NCBI GenBank assembly: GCA_003971905.1
Contig: RSEE01000094.1
Location: 62,001 to 126,000, forward strand
Reading direction: 5' to 3'
Source: Moniliella sp. 'wahieum'
Lineage: Eukaryota
Length of the DNA stretch: 64,000 nucleotides
Below the pieces are notes generated by a model. That model was not told the origin of the DNA. It did no database searches and was given only the letters and a program-made list of their open reading frames with translations. The translations under genes and the position numbers were made by a program. Below are positions 52,200 to 64,000 of this stretch, piece by piece (position 1 is the first letter of the stretch; every line of letters begins with the position of its first letter).

Positions 52200-53762
52200 C
52201 CGAAGTGTTGTTGTAGGGGGAAATAATGGCGTCCCCCTTCACATTAGTTGGACATCAGTTTGAGAGGGGAAACTTCGTTGAGGTCCCATGAAGTCGAGTG
52301 GGTCGATGTTGTTCTGCGGTGAAAGCGACGGTTCGTTAGAGTTGTCACTCAGGCCAAGCTCAAACAAAGACGCTCCAGAGTCTCAGGCGGGATTGGGAGG
52401 GGGAAGAGCATGCGCGGGGGAGGAGTGGGAATGTGTGCTTTTGGCCTTGTTTTACCTGCGGAAGGCAAAACACCAGTGTCACGATGGCTTTGGCCTAGTG
52501 CAGAAGAGGGGCTTGCGGTAGGAAATGAGGTCGATTGTGCCTTTTCTTGGGTCCGACTGGACCATTGTTGGTGACACCACCTTTCAAGCTTCCTATAGTG
52601 CATCTTCCCAGAGGGAGCTGTCAATCCGGAGCCGGGAAGTAGTTGTAGATGGGGCTCTTCTGGTGGAAAGAGATGGCTCCAGTAACAGTCTCTCCTTGGG
52701 GCCAATTGCGCAATCGAACTCTTTCGTTGAGTCCGTCAAATCTGTTCCTGCAAGAGAGAGGCTATTTCCGTGCACTCCCATATGGAAACAGGAAGGAAAA
52801 ACAGAGGCTTCTCTCCAGGAATACGATAACTTGGGGGCTCGGTACACGCTGTACCTAGAGGTACAACCCATTCCTTCGGCGGGGGGATTGGCTCCAGAGA
52901 CGAAAGAGGGGAAATTCGTGTTGTTCTCGGCTCGCAATGCTTCGACGTAGAATACTCTTCAAAGGAGGGGTCGGGGATGAGCCCCACGAGATGCTAGGGA
53001 TATTGGACTACTACATGCTGTTCCAGGTGCGGAGACAGAGCGGTTTCCTTTTGGGACTGAGTGCGTCCGTAACCCCATGGACGGGTAGTATCGTAGTTGA
53101 GAGAGACAGTCCGCTTGGAGTTCATCCGGCTTGTGATGCAGCCAACAGAATTCATGAGCAACCCCTGCTTGCTGTCACCTCCCCTGGCACTTGGAACCGA
53201 GGGGGTCGACATAATCAAATCGAACGGTTGAGTTATTTCCTCAGTGGATGGTCCGTGGAAACTCGAGGGATATGTTTTTGTGTCCGTCATCTCTGCTGAA
53301 AGCAGGGGGAAGGGCTTGACGGAGAAGGTAGAAGTAGTGAATGCGGCGTGGCTGGTGTGCCTCTTATCAGACGTACTGGTTGAGAACAGTAGGTTGTGCC
53401 TGTTGGTGCTTCCCTCGTCCTCAAGCTGTGGTGTTGCAGGAGAAGTGGGCGAAGATGAAGCAATACTTCCCCCGCAAGCATCGCATAAATCAGGTGAGGA
53501 GCACAAGCTTGACGATTGTTTTCCTTGGAGATGCGGTGCAACGGGGAAAATAAACCAGACTCGGGAGGGTTGCTACGGGCGAGTGCATAAGCGGCATCTT
53601 GGAGCAGAGCCGTTGCCCCTCTAGGATGCGGGAAGGCGTGTTCGCAAAAAGGCGGCTGCGAGGCGAGAACGTAGGTTTTCCCCATGTGGCGGCATTTGCA
53701 GACGACGAAGCGTAGTTGGCATCAGCCCTCCTTTTTTTGGGCGTAGAGGTGGGATAGGGCAT
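52200..53762 (-). pseudogene. Ser/Pro-rich hypothetical gene or pseudogene
   Basis: Chain of minus-strand ORFs from MPYPTSTPKKRR (NLS-like), with frameshifts and distal in-frame stops. No domain recognised. Confidence 0.3.
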
Positions 53763-55491
53763 TGTGGCTGTGGGCGACGGGGGGGGAGTGGCATGACGGG
53801 ATTGGAGTACAAACTGCCGGAAAAAATACTGCTGGTGGAAGATGTGGTGGTGGGACAAAGGTTGGAGATATAGGAGAGAGTTGTGTGAAGGAAAGGTGAG
53901 CAGAGGGAAGACAATCTCTCTAGCCGCACACACGGTATCATAAGGACATGTTGTCACAACACTTCATACGCCTACTCTTCGTGACTATGACCACTCGAAT
54001 TGAGCCGGAGGGAGAATTGAGGCTCACAGAGGCGGACTCAACCCTCAGTTCCAGTCTTCAGCCCCTCAGACTGAGTTCCCGCAGTGCACACTGCAGAGAG
54101 GCCGTATCCTCACTTGAGACAGAGGTAATATTACGAGATTATTCAGTAAAATTGAGACGCCGTGACTAGTGACTGGGAGCAAGCACAGAGACATATGATG
54201 CTGTAGTCACTTGTTGATTCTCACGCGTCACATTCATACATCCCCGGCCTTATCATATGCGGAAGGGAGGATCGATTAGGGGCTCTCCCTGTTGAATGTT
54301 CTAGTTGTGCTGCTACAATGCCCGGTCTTGATTTTGAGATATATTGTCTTCATTCTGTTGACAACTGCGCTTATTGCACGTCAACTTGGGTTCAACCCCT
54401 TTTGTCGCACTTTCGACTTATGGTCGTGTGTGTGAGGTGTGCAAGGAAAGCCTTAGTCTTGTGGAGAACAAAATGCGCACGTGGTGTCGCTTTGGGAGTA
54501 GCAGGTACGAAGGGGATAAAAAAGATAGCAGTAAAATTATCGAATAGCATACTATGAAAAGGAGACCCACACACTGAGGCCACCAAGAGTGACTGCATAG
54601 ACGATGGTAAGGACATCTCAATGCTGTTTGTTGTGTATCCCCAACTGAAATAGACGCCGAACAATAACCGTAGTAGAGTATAACTATTGCTGGTAATTGT
54701 CTTCATGGAAGTCTCTCTTCTGTGAGTTGGACAGGTGAAGCTAGCTTGAAGTCTTTTTGAAAACGGGGAATATATGAACGCGTTGTTTGATTGTTTTCCC
54801 TCTTATAGTACTTTGGTTCTTTCTTGCCCACAGAACACCCAGGCATAGAGTGTGTTTTTCCTTGCCACAGCAGCATGCTGTTTTGGAATGTGATGGATTG
54901 GATGGACATAGAGTATAGTAGGGTAATAGTGCTATGAGTAAAACGTCCCCGTTTTCAACCACAAACCTCGCAATGAACTTGAGCACTGACGCGTGACGAG
55001 AGCGCCTCCGTTCCCTGCGTCGGTATAAAGCTTAAAGCTTAAAGGGAGCCGGTAGGCAAGAAAAGATATTGAGTGCCGAGTTAGTACTACTCCAGAGTCC
55101 CAGCACTGATGCCCTCACGCTCCACGTCTGAATGTGGTGGTCTTTTGAGACGCTGGCCACTATTCCGTAAGCAAGCGGCACCCCTCATCGGCCTCATCGA
55201 TCATGTGAGACTTTCGAAGCCTTCCGTAGACCGGCCTGAGGCCTGATTAGTCCATTGGTCAGAACACCGCAACGCCATGCATAGATAATCGATAGTTGGC
55301 GCGGGAAATCGCAAGCATCATGTCGTTCAATATATTCTCAGAACTCAATGTGCGGAACAATCATTAATCACTAGTGACAAATGGCGTATGCACTAAGTAA
55401 CAGTCACTATTCACTAATGGCACGGGCCGCAAGCACAAAATCCAGCAAACTGCATATGCATGACTATGTGAGAAAACTCGTTTAGCTCTCT

Positions 55492-56503
55492 TCAGAAGCC
55501 CTCCTTGCCAGGGGGGATCAGGACGGCCGAACCATGGAAGCGACCATGACGTAGGTCATCCAGGGCTTGGTTCGCTTCCCTAAGAGGGTAGGTGGTAACG
55601 ACTGTCTTGACCGGTACTTTGGGTGCCAGCTGGAGGAACTCCAACCATCTTCCCGTGTCAAGTTGGCCACCGACACAATCTCCCTTTCCTCCCACAAATC
55701 GCGGTAGGGGAAGGCGGGAATGTCGCTCATGGAGATGCCACCACAAACCACCTTTCCACCCTTGCGAACAGCTTTGAGTGCCTGTGTCACCAGTGGACCC
55801 ACAGGGGCAAAGATTAAAGCTGCGTCCAACTTAACCGGGGGAGTTCGTCAGATCCCCCCCCAGACGGCACCAAGTTTCTTGGCAAACTCCATCGTTGCCG
55901 TATCTCCCGCCCGCGGAAAGGCGTACACCTCCCTACCTTGATACAGCATGACCTGGATCAGCATTGATGCGGCCGATCCAAACCCATACACACCCACCCG
56001 CTTTGCATCTCCAGCCTTGCGGAGGGTACGATAGCCAATCAGCCCACCACACAGGAGTGGCGCCAGTTGCTGGGCCTCGGCATCCTCGGGTAGCGGGAAG
56101 GCGAATTGTTCGCTGACGATCGTGTGGGTAGCAAAGCCTCCGTCCTTTGGAATCCTGTAAAGGTAGGGGAGTCACACAAGTTTTCAGCCTTGAGAGTGGT
56201 ACAGTACTCGCAATGGCCACAAGTTTGGCCGCCAGGGAATGCCAACGCGGTCCCCGACCTTGAGCAGTGGACCTCAGGTCCTACTTCTTGAACCCTTCCA
56301 ACAATCTGGTGGCCAGGAATAATGGGTAGCACAGGGTTGGGCAATTCGCCATCGACAACATGCAAATCAGTGCGGCAAATGGCACAGCACTCCGTCTCAA
56401 CCAGCACGTCTCCCTTGGCTTTGGGCGTGGGAATGGGCCGTTCAATGGGCACAAGCGGGGCGTGCAGCTTTGGCAGCTGCATAGCAAACATTTTCTTGGC
56501 CAT
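55492..56503 (-). CDS. Zinc-binding alcohol dehydrogenase of the bacterial adh_fam_2 (TIGR02822-like) type; no intron seen; frameshifted
   Basis: CRTDLHVVDGELP, IIPGHQIVG, CGHCEYC..ENLC, APLLCGGLIGYRTL, GVYGFGSAA, LDAALIFAPVGPLV, SDIPAFPYRDLWEEREIVSVANLTREDG and EANQALDDLRHGRFHGSAVL. Confidence 0.9.
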
Positions 56504-57996
56504 ACTGGTAGCGATGGTGCTTGGGCGCATACAGAAGGAGGTGGTGGTTGAGGGACAAGAGAGCACCTCGCCGCAACCGGTTCGATAGTCGCGAGGACCG
56601 GGATGTCGTACGACGGGCGTGTGGCTCAGGACGGTTGCGGGGGATGCTGAGGCGCCGAGAGTGCTGAGGTGCTGAGGTGCTGAGGTGCTGGGGCAGGCTG
56701 AGGCGCTGACGCGCTGGGGGTCTGGGCTACGCAAAGCCAGGTGGGGGTCCGTGCGGGATCGGTTCAACCTCGGGGGCGAAATTGCACTTTTAGCCCCTGG
56801 GTAGCACAGTGGCAGCACGCATGCGCCGACCCAATAAGGCTGCGTGCGGGACTGCGCCAGATGAGCACCGCGCCTATTATATTCCACCACCCCCTGTGTG
56901 GCCATCGCCGCCGCAGTCACTACCACCATCTCTGTCTCGTGACTACGTAACAATGGATGCTGATGCGGCCGAAGATGCAGTTATTGCCAAAATCTTTGGT
57001 ATTTGTGTCGTGTCTTTGCCTCTCGTTCTACCCACTGCGTTAAGTTGGAGAAGGGAGGCAAGCCAAAGTCAACACTGCCATGGGTATGATTGGTGAGCAT
57101 GTGTGCAATATCAGCGGGGTAGGTCCCTTTGCTTCTCGCGTGAGTCCCACGAACGGCCCTCGAGCCATCGAACCCTTTCTTAGAAAAGGGTTCTGGACGG
57201 CGCCAGCCTTGCAGGCAACTTTGTCGTCGGACCCAAGGAAGCACCGGAGATCCCGGCGGGATCGTTGATGTTTTTGATTGATGACTTTCCCACGCAGTTT
57301 CCCGTCAACGTATCTTCTCTTGGTCTTAACGGCCCTGGGTCCAACCCACCTCAAACACCCAGTGTGCCTGTCTGTATAGCTCCACATACTTCCTTGGCAA
57401 GTGAGGTAAAGGGTCATACGACAAGCATAACTTTTGCCATAGAAAAGAGACGTAGTCGGGTGACAACTATCACCTTACTTGGAGCGGGAGCGCGCATCTT
57501 TCTGCGTTTACGGCGCAGACGGCGCATGCGTTTCTTCCTCCACTTCGCGCGCACTAGAAAAGGCAGCGAGTGTCAGTTCACAAGGCGTAGGGACATCAGG
57601 AAAGCTGGACAAGGGGTCGCGACATGGACGGTGGTGGTGAGATGAGGAAAACATGACTTGATTGCAGTGAGTAGCAGCAACAGTGGCTTACCGCCCGTAG
57701 CACATGGGGTCTACGGGCCAGCGGCTAGAGAGCTAGCAATAATGGCGTGGATGACGTCAGCCCATTCTGAGGCCTCAGCCTGAGGCTCAGGCCCTGAGGG
57801 TTAGACAGGGTTAGACCCGGCCTGCCGGTTGCCGGTTAGCGGTTCCCGATCATCGAGATCATCGGAACGATCTCAAGTGGTGTGGGTTGTCTGCCTCTCA
57901 CCGCCAACAGCCAACGGCCAAGGTTCTTCTATCTCCTACCTCCCATCCCCACCTGGCCCCTTGGTTTATCATACTCTCGCGGTCTTGTTGACAAAG

Positions 57997-58334
57997 ATGA
58001 CTCGCGCACCAGCTGCGGCGCCTGCGGGCACCTCTTTCCTGGCGCGCGCCGGTACGCTGACCAAATTTGGTGCAGCCATGGCGGGCGGAGCAATTGCGGC
58101 GTCCTTGGTCCTTAATCAATGGAACGCAGTACGGAGCACTTCCCTCTTCCTTCTTCCCTTCCCTCTCTGATCCTGGTGCTAACTATAGCTGACTGTTGTG
58201 TATGGGCCCAGGGCGCGACCAAGTCGGATGCCGATCGAATTCGCGAGACGGACGAAGCAGTGAACAGGCTCCTGCGTCAGTCCAAGCCCAAGCGGAAGCT
58301 GACGCTGCCAAGGCCAGCGCGGGCGAACCTCTAA
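57997..58334 (+). CDS. Small spliced single-TM protein (about 84 aa); exons 57997-58128 and 58212-58334
   Basis: A phase-0 intron (GTACGG..GCTGAC..CAG) joins two open frames. The product has a hydrophobic FGAAMAGGAIAASLVL segment followed by a charged tail. Confidence 0.55.
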
Positions 58335-59839
58335 AGAGTTGAATATTGAACGTTGAACGTTGAACAGTCAAGGGATGCAATGGATGCAATCCTCACCCGG
58401 GGTCCAAGGAGTTAGGCGCTGTTTCTCCCCTAAAAGCACGGAGGGCTCGGGCTGAGGCCCAAACGGCTCTAGTTTGCGGCATGTCGATGAGGGTTAACGC
58501 GTGTCCTTCTCCCACGTGAAGGAGCAGCAGCTGGCCCTTATTCCCCACCCCCTGATCATTGAATCTTTCCTTAGCCCCGAGCCATTGACTCCTTCCCCTA
58601 CCGATCAGATTGGTTTCGCTACGTCGCATCCATCAAGTGTAAGACCACCGCCCGGTACTTGCTTCTATGCCACATGGATTCTACTGTTCACAACGTCCAC
58701 ATTCTTCGTTGGGAGTGCGTTCATTCCCTTGTCCCTTCCCTGTCGTCCTTGAAAATGTCACGAACCTTCAATTGGCCCCATCTCTCACTGCATCTTTCCC
58801 CCCCATCTCGTTCCACTGAGGGCCAAATGCTTCTCCCCAGCTCTTCATTTAGGCTGCTTGGTTCCTCTCGAGAGTGGGTCGGGACGGCTACCGCGGACCG
58901 CGTTACGGATGCCCAAGCACGAGTCCTGTTCCCTATCCACACACCTGGACCGTTCCGATTCGATACTACCATAAAGCACTAACAAGGGCGCTCAAGTGGG
59001 GTGGAAGATAGGGTCGGAGGTCCGAGGACAGGGAGGCAGGGTGGCCTGGGGTAACCTAACTGGCAATTGAGCTGAGCACCGTGGGCAGGGGATCCTGCCC
59101 TTGGCCGTATGCGCACGAGTGACGGTTCACAGTTCACGTGACCTCCAGGTCGGTCGATGACGAGGCAGCGAATGTTGCACTGGTTAGGGGACGCGGCATT
59201 GGAGGTAGTTGAATCGGCTCTCTCGGAAACAGTGGTTGGCTGGAGTGAAGAGATTGAAGACGGTGCTTTTTGTGGGTCAGGCCGGTCAGGTTAGGCGCCG
59301 GGTGTGAGCATATGTGAGGACCAGTGGTGAAGAAGACAGGTTCATAGCCGGCAAGGAAGATGGTGTCAGACCAGTACCTTCAAAGGCATTCATATTGAAT
59401 CTCGATGTCTTTTTCACCACACCTCGGGGGACCTGCCGTCCCAGCGTCCTTAGCCTTGCGTGGAACCCAACACAGGTCCAGTCCCTGAGGATTGTCTCGC
59501 ACGTCTCACTTGCTCCTCCCCCCCGCCCCTGTCCCCACTACCGCGTCGCTGGACTAGCACAACTTAGCAGCAAGTTTACCACGCTACCAGCTTATATCTT
59601 ACCAAGCTAGGGTCGTCGTGACGCCTGATGGTGGGAAGCGGCGCACCTAATCTGGGAAAGACAATAAATGACTCGCATCAGGCCGAACGGCACGTGATTG
59701 AACGTATGAAGAAGTGAAAAGGGAGGCGCGCCAAGCATGTCGCTTGAAAAGGAACGGCTACGTGGGTCTGTGGACACAGGTGGAGCGCTGGAACGTTCAA
59801 GTTGAACGTTAAGGTAGGATTAGGCCTTAGGGACCAACA

Positions 59840-61753
59840 TCAGGGGGCCGACTGCGGGGTATAGGTCAACCAGACATGGTCCAGCGTCGTGGCATCGCCC
59901 AGGACAGAGAGGGACCAGGTACGATCGGTGCTAACGGCCACTACGCCCAGGCCCGAATTGGACCGCGTACGAACGGTCGGGAGAGGGGAGGGGGCAGCCG
60001 GAGTAGAGTGACGCCAGGCAGCTTGATGCGCTTCCACCCACCCCCTCGGTCGCGGCGGCGGGGCAGGCAGAGGAAGGTGGAGGGCCAGGAGCAGATTCGC
60101 AACTCGCCCCTGGCACGCACTCCGCACCTCCGTCTCCCATGCTGCTGCCAACCGAGCACGAGGTGGAGTGAGTTTGGTAATCCAAGTTGTACCACCCGGC
60201 GAACCTGGGACAAATCCAGCGGTGTAGTGATAGTAGGGTCAGCGTGTAATTCGGCCACCACCTCGTGCACGCTGGAGTTGTTCGTCGTCGGGCGCGAGTG
60301 AACGAGATCATTAGGAAGGTCAGCCGGCAGGTTCACGCGACCGCACTCGCCGTCCATCTTCCGGCTCGTCCTCGTCCTCTACCTCCGCCTCAGCTTCCGG
60401 GTTCCTCTTCTTGTTCCATAGGTGGTAACTCGAGGCTTCCTCCCCCGCAGAAATAGCCGTGCCCACTAGAGGCGTGTGGGAGCCAGACGACGACCGCTCC
60501 TCCTCTAATGGTTGTGGCCGGGTCGGAGAAGGAGAAAGGCTGGGAGAAGCGGGTTGGTCGGGCGACCCGGCAAGCCGATGTTGAAGGAGAAGAGACGGAA
60601 CCCCCTCGACCCCGGCCCCGACCTCGTGAGGTAGAAGGTGCGCCCGACGAACGCGAACGAGAAACAGATGAGGTCCGGGGAGGGATACGCCAAAAGACAG
60701 CTACATGGGTAGCATAGGAAACTCCAGCCCTCTTGGTCCGGGTCTGAGCTGGCTCGTCGCGGGAAACATGAGAGGGCTCTGCCACCTGTGCTCCAACTGC
60801 CCCGGGGCTAGGGGCGCATCGGGAGCATCACGGGGGTGGGAAGACGCCAGCCTTGGGAGTTACCATCGGCTCCTCCTCCATCCCAGGCAGGCAAGTCGGT
60901 GTTGCTGGCGGCGTGTTGACTTCGCTGCGCGCAATGTCATCGGCCCGCCAATCCCGCCAATCTCGGCAATGTAGCCATGGGCCCGGGCGGCTCGGACAGC
61001 CCAACGACGAAAAACTCGCCGGAGTCCATTCAAAATGTGTTGCTTCGTGACGGAACTTGCGCTCGGTTTTGCCAGTAGGGTCGGGTCGGAGAGAGATACC
61101 GCCGTCGGGCATCGTCAATTTGGTCCTTCCCTACCGGTCTTGGTTCAGGTGCACATGAATGCGTAGTTGGGGGTCGTAAGAAGGACGACTTTGGGACGCA
61201 GGCGACCGAGCACTCGGAGCAAACGCCTGGGCGACAGGCTCGGTCAAGTGCTCGATACTGTTGGGAAGACACTGTCAGGATAGCCGCACAAAAGAGAGGC
61301 CAGCAGGCACGTACACTTCGGTTGCTACAACGGCGTCGTAGCCTTCAAGAGCAGGGTCATGCTGAGCCAGATTGCCGTGGAGGAGGCGAACGTCGAGCGG
61401 GGCAAATCGAGGTCGGGAGGGGTCGTCTGAGGCGAGGACGGAGCTGGACGCGCATGAGCCTGGGCAGCTTGGGAGCATTCACGTCTAGGCCGGTCAAGAG
61501 ACGCGGGGCGTGTCGGCGGGGGGGGAGAGGAAGAGAGGCGGGAGAAGGAGGAGGGGAGGGATGGGGGGGGGCGAGGAAGCAGGACTGGTGGTGTCGTCAA
61601 GATGGGCAGGGGCGGAGGGTGCGCGGTGGGCGGGCGAGGATGGCGGAGCAGACGGCCAGCGCCGCACCGAGGTCGAGGACGGAGCCGGGCTGGATCTCGG
61701 CGCGGGCCATGATCCAGGGTGGCGCTGGGAGCCACAGCTCGGGGGTCAAACAT
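59840..61753 (-). CDS. HEN1: HEN1-type small-RNA 2'-O-methyltransferase; intron about 61259-61313; frameshifted; ends approximate
   Basis: Restored frames give FDPELWL, the SAM motif SVLDLGCGAGRLL, LLHGNL, YDAVVATEVIEHL, LLTTPNY and FRHEATHFEW. Confidence 0.82.
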
Positions 61754-63269
61754 GGGCGTGGGGGATGGTGGTGGTGGGGGATGGTGGTGGTGGGGGGGGG
61801 GGATGGGGGGGGAGGGGCGGAGGAGCGGCGGAAGAAGGGGCGGGGGGATGATGCAATGGCGCGTGTTGTGTGGTGCGGTGCTTCGGTGGCTTCGGCCTGT
61901 GGTTGGCGTGCAGCTGGGGGAGCGGCTGGAGCGGCGGCTGGGCGTGGAAAGGGGCTAGGCAGCCGGCGCTGGTCAGCGGTCCTCTCAGCGGTCGCCCAGC
62001 CTCAGCTCCCGGTATGCATATGCAGCATGCATGATGCATGCGTCATGCATCAGCTACCCCCTACAGGGAGCGCCACGGGACAGCGCCTGGTCGGACAGCG
62101 CACGTTGCACACAGCACGCAGCGCCAGTGTCCGGCGGGGGCACAGTACGCCCACGCTGCTGTCACGCGTCACGTGCCATGTCCAGGCAGGCGCTGGGCAG
62201 GCGCCTGCAGCAGCTTCCTCCTCACACTGCCGCGCAGCTGATTTTTGCGCGCCGTAATAATCGTGCAGGCGCAAGCCTGTGCAAGCCTGCAAAATTTACC
62301 TTGGCAGCGCTAAGGCTTAGCGTACGGTAACCACATCCATCAGCCCATCAGATCTCCGATCTCTCTCAGATGCCATCTCCGCCCCAACCCCATGCAATAT
62401 GCACGCGGCAAGAAGATTGGCCGACCCCAATGGGCACACACTGCCCCCCGCTGCTGCCGCACTCACCGCCTCCGCGTACTCAGCCCGAGTCCCCAGGCAC
62501 CCAAGTCCTCCCAAGCCCCACCCGCACGTCATGCGCATGCCATGATAGTCATTAGTCACACGTCACACTGACTTGGTCGTTACGTGATTCCCATCCCAAT
62601 GAGCGCCTCTCTCCGCTCCCCAGCATCGTAATTCCAGCAAAGCTAAAAGCCAGCGAGTAATTACGTAAGACTGGTCCCATCCCTTCAACCCTACCTCCGC
62701 TGGCCCTGCCCCTTCCCAAAGCACTCTATTTCTTTGCCTTTGCCAAAAGCGCAACCAGTTTGGCGATTCACCGCGGCGGGCTACGAGCCAACCGGCCGGG
62801 CCCCATCGGCGTTCTCACACCTACCCCAACTCAGACCGCCAATGAAGCTGGGCAGCAGACACTCTGGTGCCGCCCCCCACTTGTCTCCGGGGACGATTGT
62901 AGTGCGAATCATGTGGTGTGGACAGAGGTGAGATCGATGAGCGCGCTCATCTTTTGAGGGTTTTTAACTCTGAACCATCTCTAACGAGATTTTATCGATA
63001 TTCAATCCTCAACTAGTTCTTTCCAGTGGCCAAACATGTTGGTGGTCTTGATGGCATAGTGGTGTCATTTGGGCATCCGGACCAGCGGATACAGGATGGA
63101 CTTTGGTTGTGTGCTATAGATGACTGTCATTTTGCCCGCTAAAAGGCGATGGATACTACTATCAACCACCCCGGCCTGGTACAATAATTTGATTGCCAAA
63201 ACAACAGATTCCCAAACGGTTCCTCACCCAGAGACCAGATGTCCACCAAGACAGCACACGCTTTGCAGG

Positions 63270-64000
63270 TTACCGATACGAGGATGCCATGGCAACACCC
63301 TTGCGCGCCAGGTCAACGAAGCTTGCATTGGTCGATTGGCGGACTCCCAGCTCAATCTCGCGAAAGATCATGCCGCACACGACAGCGAGCATGGTGTCGC
63401 AATGCGGGGCCACTGTGTTCCATCAGAAGATATTTGTGCGATTAGTGCGATCCAACTGGGCGGAAACCAACACGTACCCGTCATATCATAATCATGGCCA
63501 AATAGCTTGGTGAAGTCCGCAAATACTTTTCCATCACTCGACGTGATGCTCCACCCTCTCCAAATCGTCAGCTTAGCCAACAAGTTCACCACCGGACCTT
63601 GTACTTCCGGTCTCTCCTTGTCATCACTGATGCTACTGCTGGATGCGGTACGAGTGGTTGCCCGAGCGAAGACGGAGGACACGGATACCAAATCATCAGA
63701 GACAGCGCGTAGGATCCCGGTTGTTTCGCTCGACTTAGCCGCTTCCTCCTCCTGCCTCGCATCAGACGAGGCAAACGAATTGCGCGCCTTGATAGCAAGA
63801 CGAAGAGGAAAGCCCAACACGCCCTCAATTGTCACCACAGCCTCGCCCGTATCGGGATCAAAGGCGGCCCAAAACCCACGACGGCTGATGGAATAGCGTT
63901 TGCACTCCAGTAAGAGTTTCCCCTCCCTGTCGTACAACATTCGAGTTCGTGACCAGGCCCGTCCACGAGCCCAACGAAACTCAATCTGCTTCGATTTGGA
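63270..64000 (-). CDS. LURP-one-related / Tubby-C-like protein; 5' end possibly outside the window; intron about 63414-63478
   Basis: LYDREGKLLLEC, ITSSDGKVFADF, then the spliced YDMT|VAPHCDTMLAVVCGMI, a typical LOR C-terminal helix motif. Confidence 0.6.

Overview
Eukaryotic, GC-rich fungal DNA, probably basidiomycete. The evidence is spliceosomal introns (GTRYGT...CTRAC...YAG), a fused alpha/beta tryptophan synthase and a KRE6/SKN1 gene. About 16 genes can be read: secreted GH1 glycosidase, KRE6/SKN1, RlpA/expansin-like protein, TRP5, mitochondrial-type AsnRS, SRPK kinase, oligoribonuclease, RPB7, an SDR, a ribosomal-L1-domain protein, an RRM protein, glycerol kinase, two bacterial-type Zn alcohol dehydrogenases, HEN1 and a LURP-one/Tubby-C protein. 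There is also a small spliced orphan gene. Most genes carry 1-nt indels that look like uncorrected long-read errors. The most striking unexplained signal is an intergenic sequence grammar of TNA + 4-bp palindrome + TNA with 7-bp period. It uses all 16 possible palindromes and forms mixed chains that simple slippage cannot explain. Also notable are three solo-LTR-like copies with non-canonical TG...TA ends, two candidate bacteria-derived ADH genes nearby, and CpG-depleted relic patches. All calls are by eye from motifs; no database searches were run.
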